In this document: positions 6,474 through 14,688 of the stretch, one piece after another
Layout: the number at the start of each line of letters is the position of its first letter
Position numbering within the stretch: the stretch's first letter is position 1
Source: Dubosiella newyorkensis
Lineage (GTDB): Bacteria > Bacillota_I > Bacilli_A > Erysipelotrichales > Erysipelotrichaceae
Direction of reading: 5' to 3'
NCBI RefSeq assembly: GCF_001945605.1
Contig: NZ_MPKA01000045.1
Location: 13,616 to 45,615 of the forward strand
DNA length: 32,000 nt
Translations under genes and position numbers: made by a program
Notes under the pieces: generated by a model
The model's input: the letters and a program-made list of their open reading frames with translations, nothing else
Told to the model about the DNA's origin: nothing
The model's database searches: none

Positions 6474-7533
6474 CGACTTCCCTCAATCGATCCTGCACTA
6501 TCTCAAGTTCAAACAAACACCAAAAAGGAACGACCACACGAAGCCCTTTCTTACGCGCTTTCTCGACCTTCCTCTTCAAATCTTGAACGTGCTTGCCTTC
6601 GAGCATGAACAAAGGCACCACCACGTTGATCTGATTCCGCTTCAAAGGCAAAGGATCCACACACTCGCACACTTGTCCCTTCTGCACAAAATGTTCGATC
6701 TTTTTTTGAAACGCGTGATCGCGAGTGGGATGAAGCACAAAGATCGCGTTCGCTTCATCAAAAGGCGCAACGATCCGCCTCCATAGCTTTTCGTCGAACA
6801 AAAGCGGCAAACACGATACAGGAAGCTTCAAACATTGATAATACAAATACCCCTCGAACAAAAACATCGGCTGCACGACAAGCGAGATCGAAAGCAAACG
6901 ACAAACAGAAAACAACGCCTCGATTTTCTCCTCCATATAAAAAGCCGCCATATCTTCACGCAGATGGTGTTGAAGACAAGAAAGATCCATACTCGATTTG
7001 GCAAACAAAACCACGATCCCCTTTTTCTTGTCAAGAAGACGAACAAGCCAATCCAGCTGTTCTTTGGAAAGCTCCAACAAATATGCCAGCGCCTTCTTGT
7101 CCCCAATCAAATGAGGCCGCAACAAAGACAGATCCAAAAGCCTTCTTTCCCAATTCGCCCTAAATTCATTCTCTATCCAAGGATCGAAGGCGCGATAGAA
7201 CATTGGAAAGGCACCCCTCGTGCTATAGGCGAGCGAAAAACGATCGAGATCGAGCGAATGCATCCGATGCAGGCTCGCCTTTTCATCCAAGTCGACACTT
7301 TGCGAAAATATCCGTCTTTCATTGACATACTCGACAAGAGCATGATTAAAATCCGGATCGGTCGTGCACGCCACCACAAGATCCATCCCCTCTACATCCG
7401 ACCACTTAAAATCAAGATCTTTATAGACGACGCGCGCCCCTTCTCTTTCATAGCTTTGCGCGATCCGCTTTCCTTGTCTTCCCCATCCGACAATGAGCAC
7501 GTTTCTTTCTTTCCAATCGAGCGAAACGATCAT
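6466..7533 (-). CDS. Fusion protein: N-terminal precorrin-2 dehydrogenase (SirC / CysG-N-like) plus C-terminal CbiX/SirB-like class II chelatase repeats
   Basis: 355 aa. NVLIVGWGRQGKRIAQSYEREGARVV is a Rossmann loop. DLVVACTTDPDFNHALVEYV...SLAYSTRGAFPMFYRAF is SirC-like. The C-terminal half has two CbiX-type PLFLxxG motifs: VVQPMFLFEGYLY and VVVPLFMLEGKHV. The ATG overlaps the hemL stop (ATGA at 7530-7533). Confidence 0.6.
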   Translation of the reverse strand: MIVSLDWKERNVLIVGWGRQGKRIAQSYEREGARVVYKDLDFKWSDVEGMDLVVACTTDPDFNHALVEYVNERRIFSQSVDLDEKASLHRMHSLDLDRFSLAYSTRGAFPMFYRAFDPWIENEFRANWERRLLDLSLLRPHLIGDKKALAYLLELSKEQLDWLVRLLDKKKGIVVLFAKSSMDLSCLQHHLREDMAAFYMEEKIEALFSVCRLLSISLVVQPMFLFEGYLYYQCLKLPVSCLPLLFDEKLWRRIVAPFDEANAIFVLHPTRDHAFQKKIEHFVQKGQVCECVDPLPLKRNQINVVVPLFMLEGKHVQDLKRKVEKARKKGLRVVVPFWCLFELEIVQDRLREVDA

Positions 7534-8819
7534 ACGCGAAACTCTTCCATGACTTCTTTGAACGCTTGGATCGTCACATCCATATCGTTTTTCGTGAGCG
7601 CCGAAGAAATAAACATCGCCTCGAATTGACTAGGCGCCAATAAGATGCCTCGCTCTAGCATGCCTTTAAAATATTTTGCATACTTCTTCGTATCGCAACG
7701 TTGCACCTCTTTAAAATCATGCGGAACGGAATCCATAAAAAAGAGCGTCATCAAAGAATGGTTGCGCACAAGCGTGAAAGGAAGCCGATTGGCATCGAGG
7801 ATCTTTTGAAAATGCGCTTGCAAATAAGCTCCTTTTTCCTCGATCAGATCATAGACCGCCGGATTGTGCTTTAAATAATCGAGCATCACCTTGCCTGCCT
7901 GCATCGCCAACGGATTGCCTGAAAGCGTCCCGGCCTGATACACCGGCCCGCTTGGTGAAACACAAGCCATGATCTCTTTCTTACCACCATAGGCCCCAAC
8001 AGGAAAGCCCGCCCCGATGATCTTGCCAAAACAAGCGAGGTCCGGAACGATCCCATAATAGCCCGCCGCCCCTTCGTAGCTGATCCGAAAGCCTGTGATC
8101 ACTTCATCAAAGATCAAGACGATCGAATGCTTCGTGCACAATTCTCTTAACCCCTCTAAAAAACCAGGCTCTGGCGAAACAACGCCCATATTGCCGCACA
8201 CCGGCTCGACGATCAAGCCCGCGATCGCATCCGGATTGGCATCGATCAGCGCCTTGACAGAATCCAAGTCGTTATAGGTGGCCACCAACGTGTTTTTTAC
8301 GACATCCTCCGGCACCCCTGGCGAAGTGGGCACGCCAAAAGTCAGAGCGCCCGATCCGCTTGAAACGAGCAAGCCATCGCTGTGGCCATGATAGCACCCT
8401 TCAAACTTGATGATCTTGTCTTTGCGCGTATAGCCTCGAGCAAGACGAATGGCCGACATCGTCGCTTCCGTGCCGGAATTGACCATCCGCACTTCGTCGA
8501 CGCCAGGATACGCCTCCACGATCCGCTTGGCCACCTCGACCTCGATCCAGCTTGGAAGGCCATAGCTGATCCCATCTTTGATGTGAGCTTCGATCGCTTC
8601 ATTGATGATATGCGCCCCATGGCCTAGAAGCATCGGTCCCCACGAAGCGATATAGTCGATATAGTGGCGTCCATCTTCCGCGAACAAATGCGCGCCTTGC
8701 GCTTTGCGAATAAAGATCGGATCGCATCCAACCGCCTGAAACGCGCGAACCGGCGAGTTGACTCCGCCAGGAATATATTGCTTAGCCTCTTCATAGAGGT
8801 CGTGATTGTTTTTGAGCAT
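7530..8819 (-). CDS. hemL: Glutamate-1-semialdehyde 2,1-aminomutase
   Basis: 429 aa. The N-terminus LYEEAKQYIPGGVNSPVRAF is canonical, as are MVNSGTEATMSAIRLARGYT and ACFGKIIGAGFPVGAYGG (PLP lysine region). Confidence 0.95.
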   Translation of the reverse strand: MLKNNHDLYEEAKQYIPGGVNSPVRAFQAVGCDPIFIRKAQGAHLFAEDGRHYIDYIASWGPMLLGHGAHIINEAIEAHIKDGISYGLPSWIEVEVAKRIVEAYPGVDEVRMVNSGTEATMSAIRLARGYTRKDKIIKFEGCYHGHSDGLLVSSGSGALTFGVPTSPGVPEDVVKNTLVATYNDLDSVKALIDANPDAIAGLIVEPVCGNMGVVSPEPGFLEGLRELCTKHSIVLIFDEVITGFRISYEGAAGYYGIVPDLACFGKIIGAGFPVGAYGGKKEIMACVSPSGPVYQAGTLSGNPLAMQAGKVMLDYLKHNPAVYDLIEEKGAYLQAHFQKILDANRLPFTLVRNHSLMTLFFMDSVPHDFKEVQRCDTKKYAKYFKGMLERGILLAPSQFEAMFISSALTKNDMDVTIQAFKEVMEEFRV

Positions 8820-9774
8820 ATTGTCTTTTCCCTTCCATTAGCGCGAAATAAGTAATGATCATGGAAGCGCCTGCCCGTTTGAAGGAGACGAGTGTTTCTT
8901 CGATCACCTCTTCTTTGAGCCAGCCATTCAAGATCGCCTGCATGAGCATCGAATATTCGCCACTGACATTGTAAACACAAAAAGGCACATCGAACCGTTC
9001 TTTGGCTGCCTGTAAAATATCTAAATAACACATGGCTGGCTTGATGATGATCGCATCCGCCCCTTCTTGAATGTCGGCTTCGATCTCGCGCAACGCTTCT
9101 TTCCCATTGGCTGGATCCATTTGATAGCTTTTTCGATCCGAAAAGCTTGGGGCCGAGTGGGCCGCGTCTCGAAACGGGCCATAAAACTGGCTCGCGTATT
9201 TGGCCGCGTAGGATAGGATCGGCACATCCGCGAATCCATTTTCATCCAGCACTTGGCGTATCGCTTCTACACGCCCATCCATCATGTCGCTAGGAGCGAC
9301 CATATCCGCGCCCGCTTCCACATGCGAAAGGGCGATCTTGGCTAGATAGGTGAGCGTCGTATCGTTGAGCACGACTCCTTCTTCATCAAGGATCCCACAA
9401 TGTCCATGATCGGTATATTCACACATGCATACATCGGTGATGACATACAATTCTGGATCGTAGGCTTTGATCGCCCGCACCGCTTTTTGAATGATCCCCT
9501 CTGGCGCGTAGGCTTGCGAGCCGCATGCGTCTTTATGAGCCGGGATCCCGAACAAAAGGCAAGCGCGCACCCCATACTTTTTCATTTCATCCAACAATGG
9601 CGGAAGCTGGTCGATCGAATATTGAAATTGGCCAGGCATGCTTTCGATCGGGGCGCAGATCCCTTCTCCTTCCTGCACGAAGATCGGATAGATCAAATCG
9701 TCCATCCGCACATGATTTTCCCGGACGAGGGCGCGGATCTCTTTATTTTTTCTTAGTCTTCTTCCTCTATACAT
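8791..9774 (-). CDS. hemB: Porphobilinogen synthase (delta-aminolevulinate dehydratase)
   Basis: 327 aa with RRLRKNKEIRALVRENHV...LIYPIFV, a Cys-rich Zn site DVCMCEYTDHGHCG, and active-site regions IIIKPAMCYLD and YNVSGEY. Confidence 0.95.
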   Translation of the reverse strand: MYRGRRLRKNKEIRALVRENHVRMDDLIYPIFVQEGEGICAPIESMPGQFQYSIDQLPPLLDEMKKYGVRACLLFGIPAHKDACGSQAYAPEGIIQKAVRAIKAYDPELYVITDVCMCEYTDHGHCGILDEEGVVLNDTTLTYLAKIALSHVEAGADMVAPSDMMDGRVEAIRQVLDENGFADVPILSYAAKYASQFYGPFRDAAHSAPSFSDRKSYQMDPANGKEALREIEADIQEGADAIIIKPAMCYLDILQAAKERFDVPFCVYNVSGEYSMLMQAILNGWLKEEVIEETLVSFKRAGASMIITYFALMEGKRQYAQKQSRPL

Positions 9775-11180
9775 TTTTTTCTCTTTACTCCTTTTACTGC
9801 TTCTACGATCGATTCATAGCTCGCTTCTTTAGCGCAAGAGACATTTGAATATCCGCGCGCTAAGAGCGCTTTTTCGCTTTGCGGACCGATCGCGATATAA
9901 TAGCGGGCATTGATCTTATGCGTTTCGAGCACATCGACAGCCGCTTTGCTCGTACAGATCGCCACATCATAAAGGCTGGCGCGAGGCTGGATCGGCTTTT
10001 TCTTGTTCGAATACAAGACCACGATCTTCTCTTGGCCCCTAAAGCCTTTCACCCCTTCTAGATTCGAGGCGCTATGCGGGATCAAGATCTTAGAAGCGGG
10101 TAGCCGCTTTTTTAAAGAATCGACATTCCCTTCGCCGATACAGTCGGCATACAAACCATATTCTTGCAGAACTTGGGCGCTTTTTTCACCCACGAGAGCG
10201 AGCTTTGGCAATGTTCGAACATCGACCTTTTCGCAAGCCATCCACTCCATAAAGAAGCGGATCGCGCTAGGCGAAGTCAAGACGATCCAATCGTAGTCCA
10301 CCAAATCGATGTCTTGCATATTTTCAAAATGGGGACATTGTTCAAAGGCGATGGGGGCGTCCACTTGGGCGCCAAGCTCTTGCAGTGTGGATGCCAGTTC
10401 GAGACGCGAAGATAGGCGCGGATAAAAGATCGAGAGCCCAGAGAGCTCTTGGCGAGAAAACCAATCGAGCGCTTGGCGTTTTTGAACGACTTCTCCTACT
10501 ACGATCAAAAGGGGCGCTGTGATCGATTCGAGATCTTGCGTCAAGATCGTCGACATCCTTCCGCTTACTACACGCTGATCAAAACAGGTCGCATTCGAGA
10601 TCAGGGCGATGGGCCGATCGCTTCCTCGTTTTAAATATTCATGCACGATTTCAGGAAGCGAGGAGCGCCCCATCAAAAAGACGACCGTATCGTTCGTGTT
10701 CGCCAATTCATCAAAGGGCAGATCGTTGCGTTTCTTTTCTTGCGTATAGGCGGTATAGACGCGAAAACCACGAGAGAGGCCGCGATACGTGATCGGGATG
10801 CCTGCATAGCTCAAGCCAGCGATGCAAGAGGAGATGCCAGGAACCACCTCGAATGGGATCCCTTTTTCATACAGGAATTCGCCTTCTTCCCCGCCTCTTC
10901 CAAACACGTAAGGATCGCCGCCCTTTAAGCGGACGATGCAGGAATACTCTTGAGCGAGCTGTTCTAACCATTCGTGGATCGTTTGCTGGCTTGTAGAGAG
11001 GCCATGGCCTTTTTTGCCGACATAAATTTTTCGGCAGGAGCAAGAGCACGCATCTAAGAGGCGTTCATCGAGCAAATGATCGTATAAAACACAATCGGCT
11101 TGTTCAATCAGCGCTTGGGCGCGCAAAGAAACGAGGCCTGGATCTCCACAGCCTACACCGACCAAGTATACTTTAGCCAT
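9753..11180 (-). CDS. cobA/hemD: Bifunctional uroporphyrinogen-III C-methyltransferase / uroporphyrinogen-III synthase
   Basis: 475 aa. The N-terminal half has VYLVGVGCGDPGLVSLRA, RLKGGDPYVFGRGGEE and VVPGISS (SUMT). The C-terminal ~230 aa is HemD-like (WIVLTSPSAIRFF). Confidence 0.9.
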   Translation of the reverse strand: MAKVYLVGVGCGDPGLVSLRAQALIEQADCVLYDHLLDERLLDACSCSCRKIYVGKKGHGLSTSQQTIHEWLEQLAQEYSCIVRLKGGDPYVFGRGGEEGEFLYEKGIPFEVVPGISSCIAGLSYAGIPITYRGLSRGFRVYTAYTQEKKRNDLPFDELANTNDTVVFLMGRSSLPEIVHEYLKRGSDRPIALISNATCFDQRVVSGRMSTILTQDLESITAPLLIVVGEVVQKRQALDWFSRQELSGLSIFYPRLSSRLELASTLQELGAQVDAPIAFEQCPHFENMQDIDLVDYDWIVLTSPSAIRFFMEWMACEKVDVRTLPKLALVGEKSAQVLQEYGLYADCIGEGNVDSLKKRLPASKILIPHSASNLEGVKGFRGQEKIVVLYSNKKKPIQPRASLYDVAICTSKAAVDVLETHKINARYYIAIGPQSEKALLARGYSNVSCAKEASYESIVEAVKGVKRKKCIEEED

Positions 11181-12045
11181 TCCAATCTCCTTTCACGCTC
11201 AAAATCGCTTTGGCTAGAAGCCGGCCTGGATCCTTTTCTTGAAAGGTGTAGCGGCCGATCGAATCCGTATCGCCATAGACGATATCGAGCGTTTGTGTTT
11301 TTGGATCATAGAGCGCGCCAATCGGTGTATGGCAGGAGCCATCCATCGCTGTTAAGAATGCGCGTTCTATGCGTGCGCTTTGGTCTATCACCTCGTTTTT
11401 AAGCTTGGAAAACAGGGCGTAGAGTTCTTGATTTTCCGCTAACAGCTCGACGGCCAGCACGCCTTGTCCACATGCGCCTAAGCACTCTTCCTTCGTAAAG
11501 ACTTGCGTGATGCGCTCTTCTAGGCCTAATCGTTTCAAGCCCGCGCTTGCGAGGACGAGCCCATCGTATTCGCCTTCGTCCAGTTTTTTCAGGCGGGTGA
11601 GCACGTTGCCGCGAATGTTTCGATAGACTAGATCGTTCCTAAGCGCTTTGAGCTGCAATTCTCGGCGCAAAGAGCCCGTTCCAATGATCGAGCCAGAGGG
11701 AAGATGATAAAAATCGGCTGAATTACTGATGAAGCAGTCGCTTGGATCGGCGCGAAGACAAAAAGGAGCCAAGCAGAACATAGGATCGAGCTGGCTAGGA
11801 AGATCTTTGAGAGAATGGACGGCAAGATCGATCTTTTTGTCTCGCAAGGCGTCTTCGATTTCTTGGGTGAACAAGCCTTTTTGACCAATTTCATGGAGCG
11901 GCTTATCTAGGATCTTGTCTCCTTTGGTGGAAAATGGCACGATTTCATAGCGGATGCTTGGATCCACGCTTTGCAGGAAGCGGCCAATTTCATGGCTTTG
12001 AGCGAGCGCGAGCTTGCTTGCTCTCGATCCGATTTTAAGATACAT
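11173..12045 (-). CDS. hemC: Hydroxymethylbilane synthase (porphobilinogen deaminase)
   Basis: Motifs are LKIGSRASKLALAQS, DLAVHSLKDLP, GTGSLRR and MDGSCHTPIGA. I prefer the ATG at 12045 (SD GGAGGAAG 6 nt upstream) over the track start at 12075. Confidence 0.9.
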   Translation of the reverse strand: MYLKIGSRASKLALAQSHEIGRFLQSVDPSIRYEIVPFSTKGDKILDKPLHEIGQKGLFTQEIEDALRDKKIDLAVHSLKDLPSQLDPMFCLAPFCLRADPSDCFISNSADFYHLPSGSIIGTGSLRRELQLKALRNDLVYRNIRGNVLTRLKKLDEGEYDGLVLASAGLKRLGLEERITQVFTKEECLGACGQGVLAVELLAENQELYALFSKLKNEVIDQSARIERAFLTAMDGSCHTPIGALYDPKTQTLDIVYGDTDSIGRYTFQEKDPGRLLAKAILSVKGDWNG

Positions 12046-13213
12046 GGTATTCTTCCTCCTTTTCTTCCAAATCAAATAGCGCTTTGAGCATCGGGTGATA
12101 GTGTTCTTGATCGCCTTTCACGTTTTGAAGGGGTGTTTTAAGCAAGCGGAACAAGGCGGCTTGCACGCTTTGGGCAGCGAGGCGTTGTTCGCGTTCGTTC
12201 AAGTCGAGCTTGCGTCTTAAATAGAGGCTCGTGTCGTTGGCGATCGTGTCGATTTGTTCATGAAGCGTTTGGATCGTCTCTTTCGTATCTTGCCTCGTTT
12301 CCCATGCTTTGAACTCTTGAATAAAGTGTTCGATGCGCTCTTGGATGTATTCAAGATTTTCTTGGCGAAACGATAAATTGCGCTTGGAGAGGACGGCAAA
12401 CGTATCGAGCGTATATATTTCTTGGTCTATGGCGCCAAGCAAGTTGCGTGGCGAAGATAGATCGAGAAGCATCGTCTCTTTGGATAGGGATCTTGTATCG
12501 AGCACGATATGGGGGGCGGAAGTGGCGGCGATGACGACATCGGCTTGTTGGGCGTATTGTTCTTTAGCCTCAAAAGGGATCGGGGCAAGTTCGATTCCTT
12601 CGCGCAAAAAACAAGAAATTTGTTCTTGGCGGCGCAAGGCGACATGGACGGTGGCGTTGGTGTTTTGTAAGTGGGCGACCACTTGCTGGGCGATCTTTCC
12701 ACCTCCTAATACGAGGATCCTCCGTTTTCGAAGATCGCCTTTTCTTTTTTTGATTTCCTGCGCGGCTAGATAGCTTAAGGAAAGCGGGTGTTTGGAAAGC
12801 TGATAGTCGCGTCGGCACTCTTTGCCGCAACGGAGCGCTTCTTGAAAAATATGATGGAGCGCGGCATCGAAGTCATAGCTCAAGCAGGCGCGTTCATAGG
12901 CCATTTTGAATTGGTGGAGGATCTCATCTTCGCCAAAGATCTGCGAATGGAGTCCATTGACGACTTCGAGCAGATGGCGATACGCTTCTTGATCTTTGTA
13001 GGTGTAGATTTTGATCGGCAAGCCTTGGTAAGCTTGGACGATCCTATCAGGATCGATCGGTTTTTTTGAATAGATCTCGAAGCGATGGCATGTCTGCAAG
13101 ATCAAGCAGGGCTGTCCGATATCTTGGGCAAGCAACATGCATTCTCTTTCGCTGTAATGAACTTGGTCACGTACGGATTGGTCGGCATCGATGCCAAAAA
13201 CTTCAAATTCCAT
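12035..13213 (-). CDS. hemA: Glutamyl-tRNA reductase
   Basis: 392 aa. LILQTCHRFEIY is the catalytic Cys motif. ILVLGGGKIAQQV is the NADPH loop. It is the first gene of the operon, with a strong SD AAAGGAGGA before the ATG at 13213. Confidence 0.9.
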   Translation of the reverse strand: MEFEVFGIDADQSVRDQVHYSERECMLLAQDIGQPCLILQTCHRFEIYSKKPIDPDRIVQAYQGLPIKIYTYKDQEAYRHLLEVVNGLHSQIFGEDEILHQFKMAYERACLSYDFDAALHHIFQEALRCGKECRRDYQLSKHPLSLSYLAAQEIKKRKGDLRKRRILVLGGGKIAQQVVAHLQNTNATVHVALRRQEQISCFLREGIELAPIPFEAKEQYAQQADVVIAATSAPHIVLDTRSLSKETMLLDLSSPRNLLGAIDQEIYTLDTFAVLSKRNLSFRQENLEYIQERIEHFIQEFKAWETRQDTKETIQTLHEQIDTIANDTSLYLRRKLDLNEREQRLAAQSVQAALFRLLKTPLQNVKGDQEHYHPMLKALFDLEEKEEEYHVS

Positions 13214-13335
13214 GGATCCTCCTTTTTCTTCTTTTCATTATAGTGTTTTTCTTGTTCATTTTCGACTTTGCCAATCATCTAGCATTCTTTTTTCTTCCGC
13301 CTATTTTATAATGGAGAAAACACGAGGTGAAATGT

Positions 13336-13635
13336 ATGAAAAAAGAATATCGGATCAAGATCGAAGAGCGTGGCGTCAAGCTGCAACTTCTGCAAGGCGA
13401 AGAGGAAATGGATTATAAAACATTTCCGATCTATACGACGCAAGCCAATCCAGAAGATCCTAACGACTTGTCGAATTTTGTGATCCCCTTCGAGCTGCTC
13501 GCGCAAATGCAGATGCTCGACAAAACTGGTTTTACGTATCAAGGAATCGACACTCCATTCGATACGAGCATGCCTAGCGATACAGGCGATGATATGAACG
13601 ATATGGATCATAATGCCAACGACAACGACCAATAA
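13336..13635 (+). CDS. Hypothetical small acidic protein (D/N-rich C-terminus)
   Basis: The ORF track starts at a GTG at 13327. I prefer the ATG at 13336, which has the SD GAGGTG 6 nt upstream. No motif recognised. Confidence 0.5.
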   Translation: MKKEYRIKIEERGVKLQLLQGEEEMDYKTFPIYTTQANPEDPNDLSNFVIPFELLAQMQMLDKTGFTYQGIDTPFDTSMPSDTGDDMNDMDHNANDNDQ

Positions 13636-13640
13636 AGAAA

Positions 13641-13664
13641 AAAAGGCGATGCGCTCGCCTTTTT
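13641..13664. terminator. Bidirectional rho-independent terminator between convergent genes
   Basis: AAAAGGCGA-tgcgc-TCGCCTTTT: the stem is GGCGA/TCGCC, flanked by an A-run on one side and a T-run on the other. Confidence 0.65.
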
Positions 13665-14670
13665 ATATTGCTCCGATCGTTTTTAAATATTCCATTTCTT
13701 CTTGGTCTTTTTGAATACGACCTTTGACCTCGTTTTCATAGCGGACCGCTTCTTCTTTGGCGTTTTCCATCTCCTCGATGCTTCCCTCGTTGTCGATGGT
13801 CGATTTGAGCTTGGCGCGATACGTGTTGAATTGGTCGCATTCGCTCGGATACGCTTTCTCAGGACACGCGTGCTTCTTGAGATAGTTGTTCATCTCTTCT
13901 TGCACATCGAGATAGTGCGTCAAGGCGTAAAGATCGATCGTATTGACGACATCCGAAAAATCGTACTCATTGAAATCATTTTTATACGTATAGAAGGAAA
14001 GAGTGTAGGTCACCCCTTCGATCGGGACTAAAAAGGTTTGGCCGACAAGATCGCCAGAAAGCAATCCATTGCCTTTCTTAGTGTGGATATTATAAGAGAC
14101 GAGCTTGCTTTCGCGGCCATTGACATACCGGTCTTCATCGATGATATCTAAGATAGTCGCGTTGATCCCGAGTTGTTTTTGGACCTCTTGTGTCAAAAGC
14201 GATTCGAGATTTTTGATCGTTTCTCCTTCTTCCTTAGATGCGACAAGCACTGGGACGGATTGGGAAGCGACCGGATAATAATAGAGGCTTCCTTCTTTTT
14301 CTTCAGAATGGAGCGCTGGATCGAGCCGGAAGCTCATGTCTTGGAATGTGTTGACCTTGCTTCCGGAAAGCGGTTTGAATTCTTTAAGGAGCGAAGGAAT
14401 ATCGCTCTCTCCTGGCAGCGATAGATAGCCAAAGATCCCCGCTAGAACAAGACAGAACACAGGGATCCCGATCAGCGCGTTGGCGTTGTAGTGGTGTTTT
14501 TTAAGAAAGATACGGATGGGCGGAAATACGATCAATGCGGCAAGCAGCACAAATGGCGCCGAAGCATAAAAAGATTGATAGACTAAATATCCAGATCCCC
14601 CAAATAAAAGGATCGATACGAGCCAATAAGGCCATTGTGGGGCTTTTTTTGTTTTACGAATAACACGCAT
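13663..14670 (-). CDS. Hypothetical membrane-anchored protein (about 3 N-terminal TM helices, then a ~240-aa soluble domain)
   Basis: Hydrophobic stretches are WLVSILLFGGSGYLVY, APFVLLAALIVFPPI and ALIGIPVFCLVLAGIFGYL. I prefer the ATG at 14670 (GGAGG 8 nt upstream) over the GTG at 14676. Confidence 0.6.
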   Translation of the reverse strand: MRVIRKTKKAPQWPYWLVSILLFGGSGYLVYQSFYASAPFVLLAALIVFPPIRIFLKKHHYNANALIGIPVFCLVLAGIFGYLSLPGESDIPSLLKEFKPLSGSKVNTFQDMSFRLDPALHSEEKEGSLYYYPVASQSVPVLVASKEEGETIKNLESLLTQEVQKQLGINATILDIIDEDRYVNGRESKLVSYNIHTKKGNGLLSGDLVGQTFLVPIEGVTYTLSFYTYKNDFNEYDFSDVVNTIDLYALTHYLDVQEEMNNYLKKHACPEKAYPSECDQFNTYRAKLKSTIDNEGSIEEMENAKEEAVRYENEVKGRIQKDQEEMEYLKTIGAI

Positions 14671-14688
14671 GCGCACTTCCTCCTATAC

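Noticed and set aside
1618-7629. Long plus-strand ORFs in alternative frames or antisense to real genes: 1618-2346 (242 aa), 3737-4183, 4608-5033, 5387-5782, 5586-6254 (222 aa) and 6835-7629 (264 aa)
   Set aside because: Their products are low-complexity P/R/H/T/K-rich strings with no motifs or SD sequences. They overlap well-supported genes (ppaC, thpR, GHMP, DUF5131, SirC-CbiX). They are explained by stop-codon depletion on a G- and T-poor strand.
8342-9575. Nested ORFs inside hemL and hemB on either strand (for example 8342-8620, 8382-8627, 8624-9031, 9021-9245, 9342-9575)
   Set aside because: They lie wholly inside strongly supported enzyme genes in other frames, and I saw no independent signals for them.
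12046-12075. Longer hemC start at 12075 (MIWKKRRKNT extension)
   Set aside because: It would overlap hemA by 41 nt and it lacks an SD. The ATG at 12045 has GGAGGAAG upstream and gives the conserved MYLKIGSR N-terminus.
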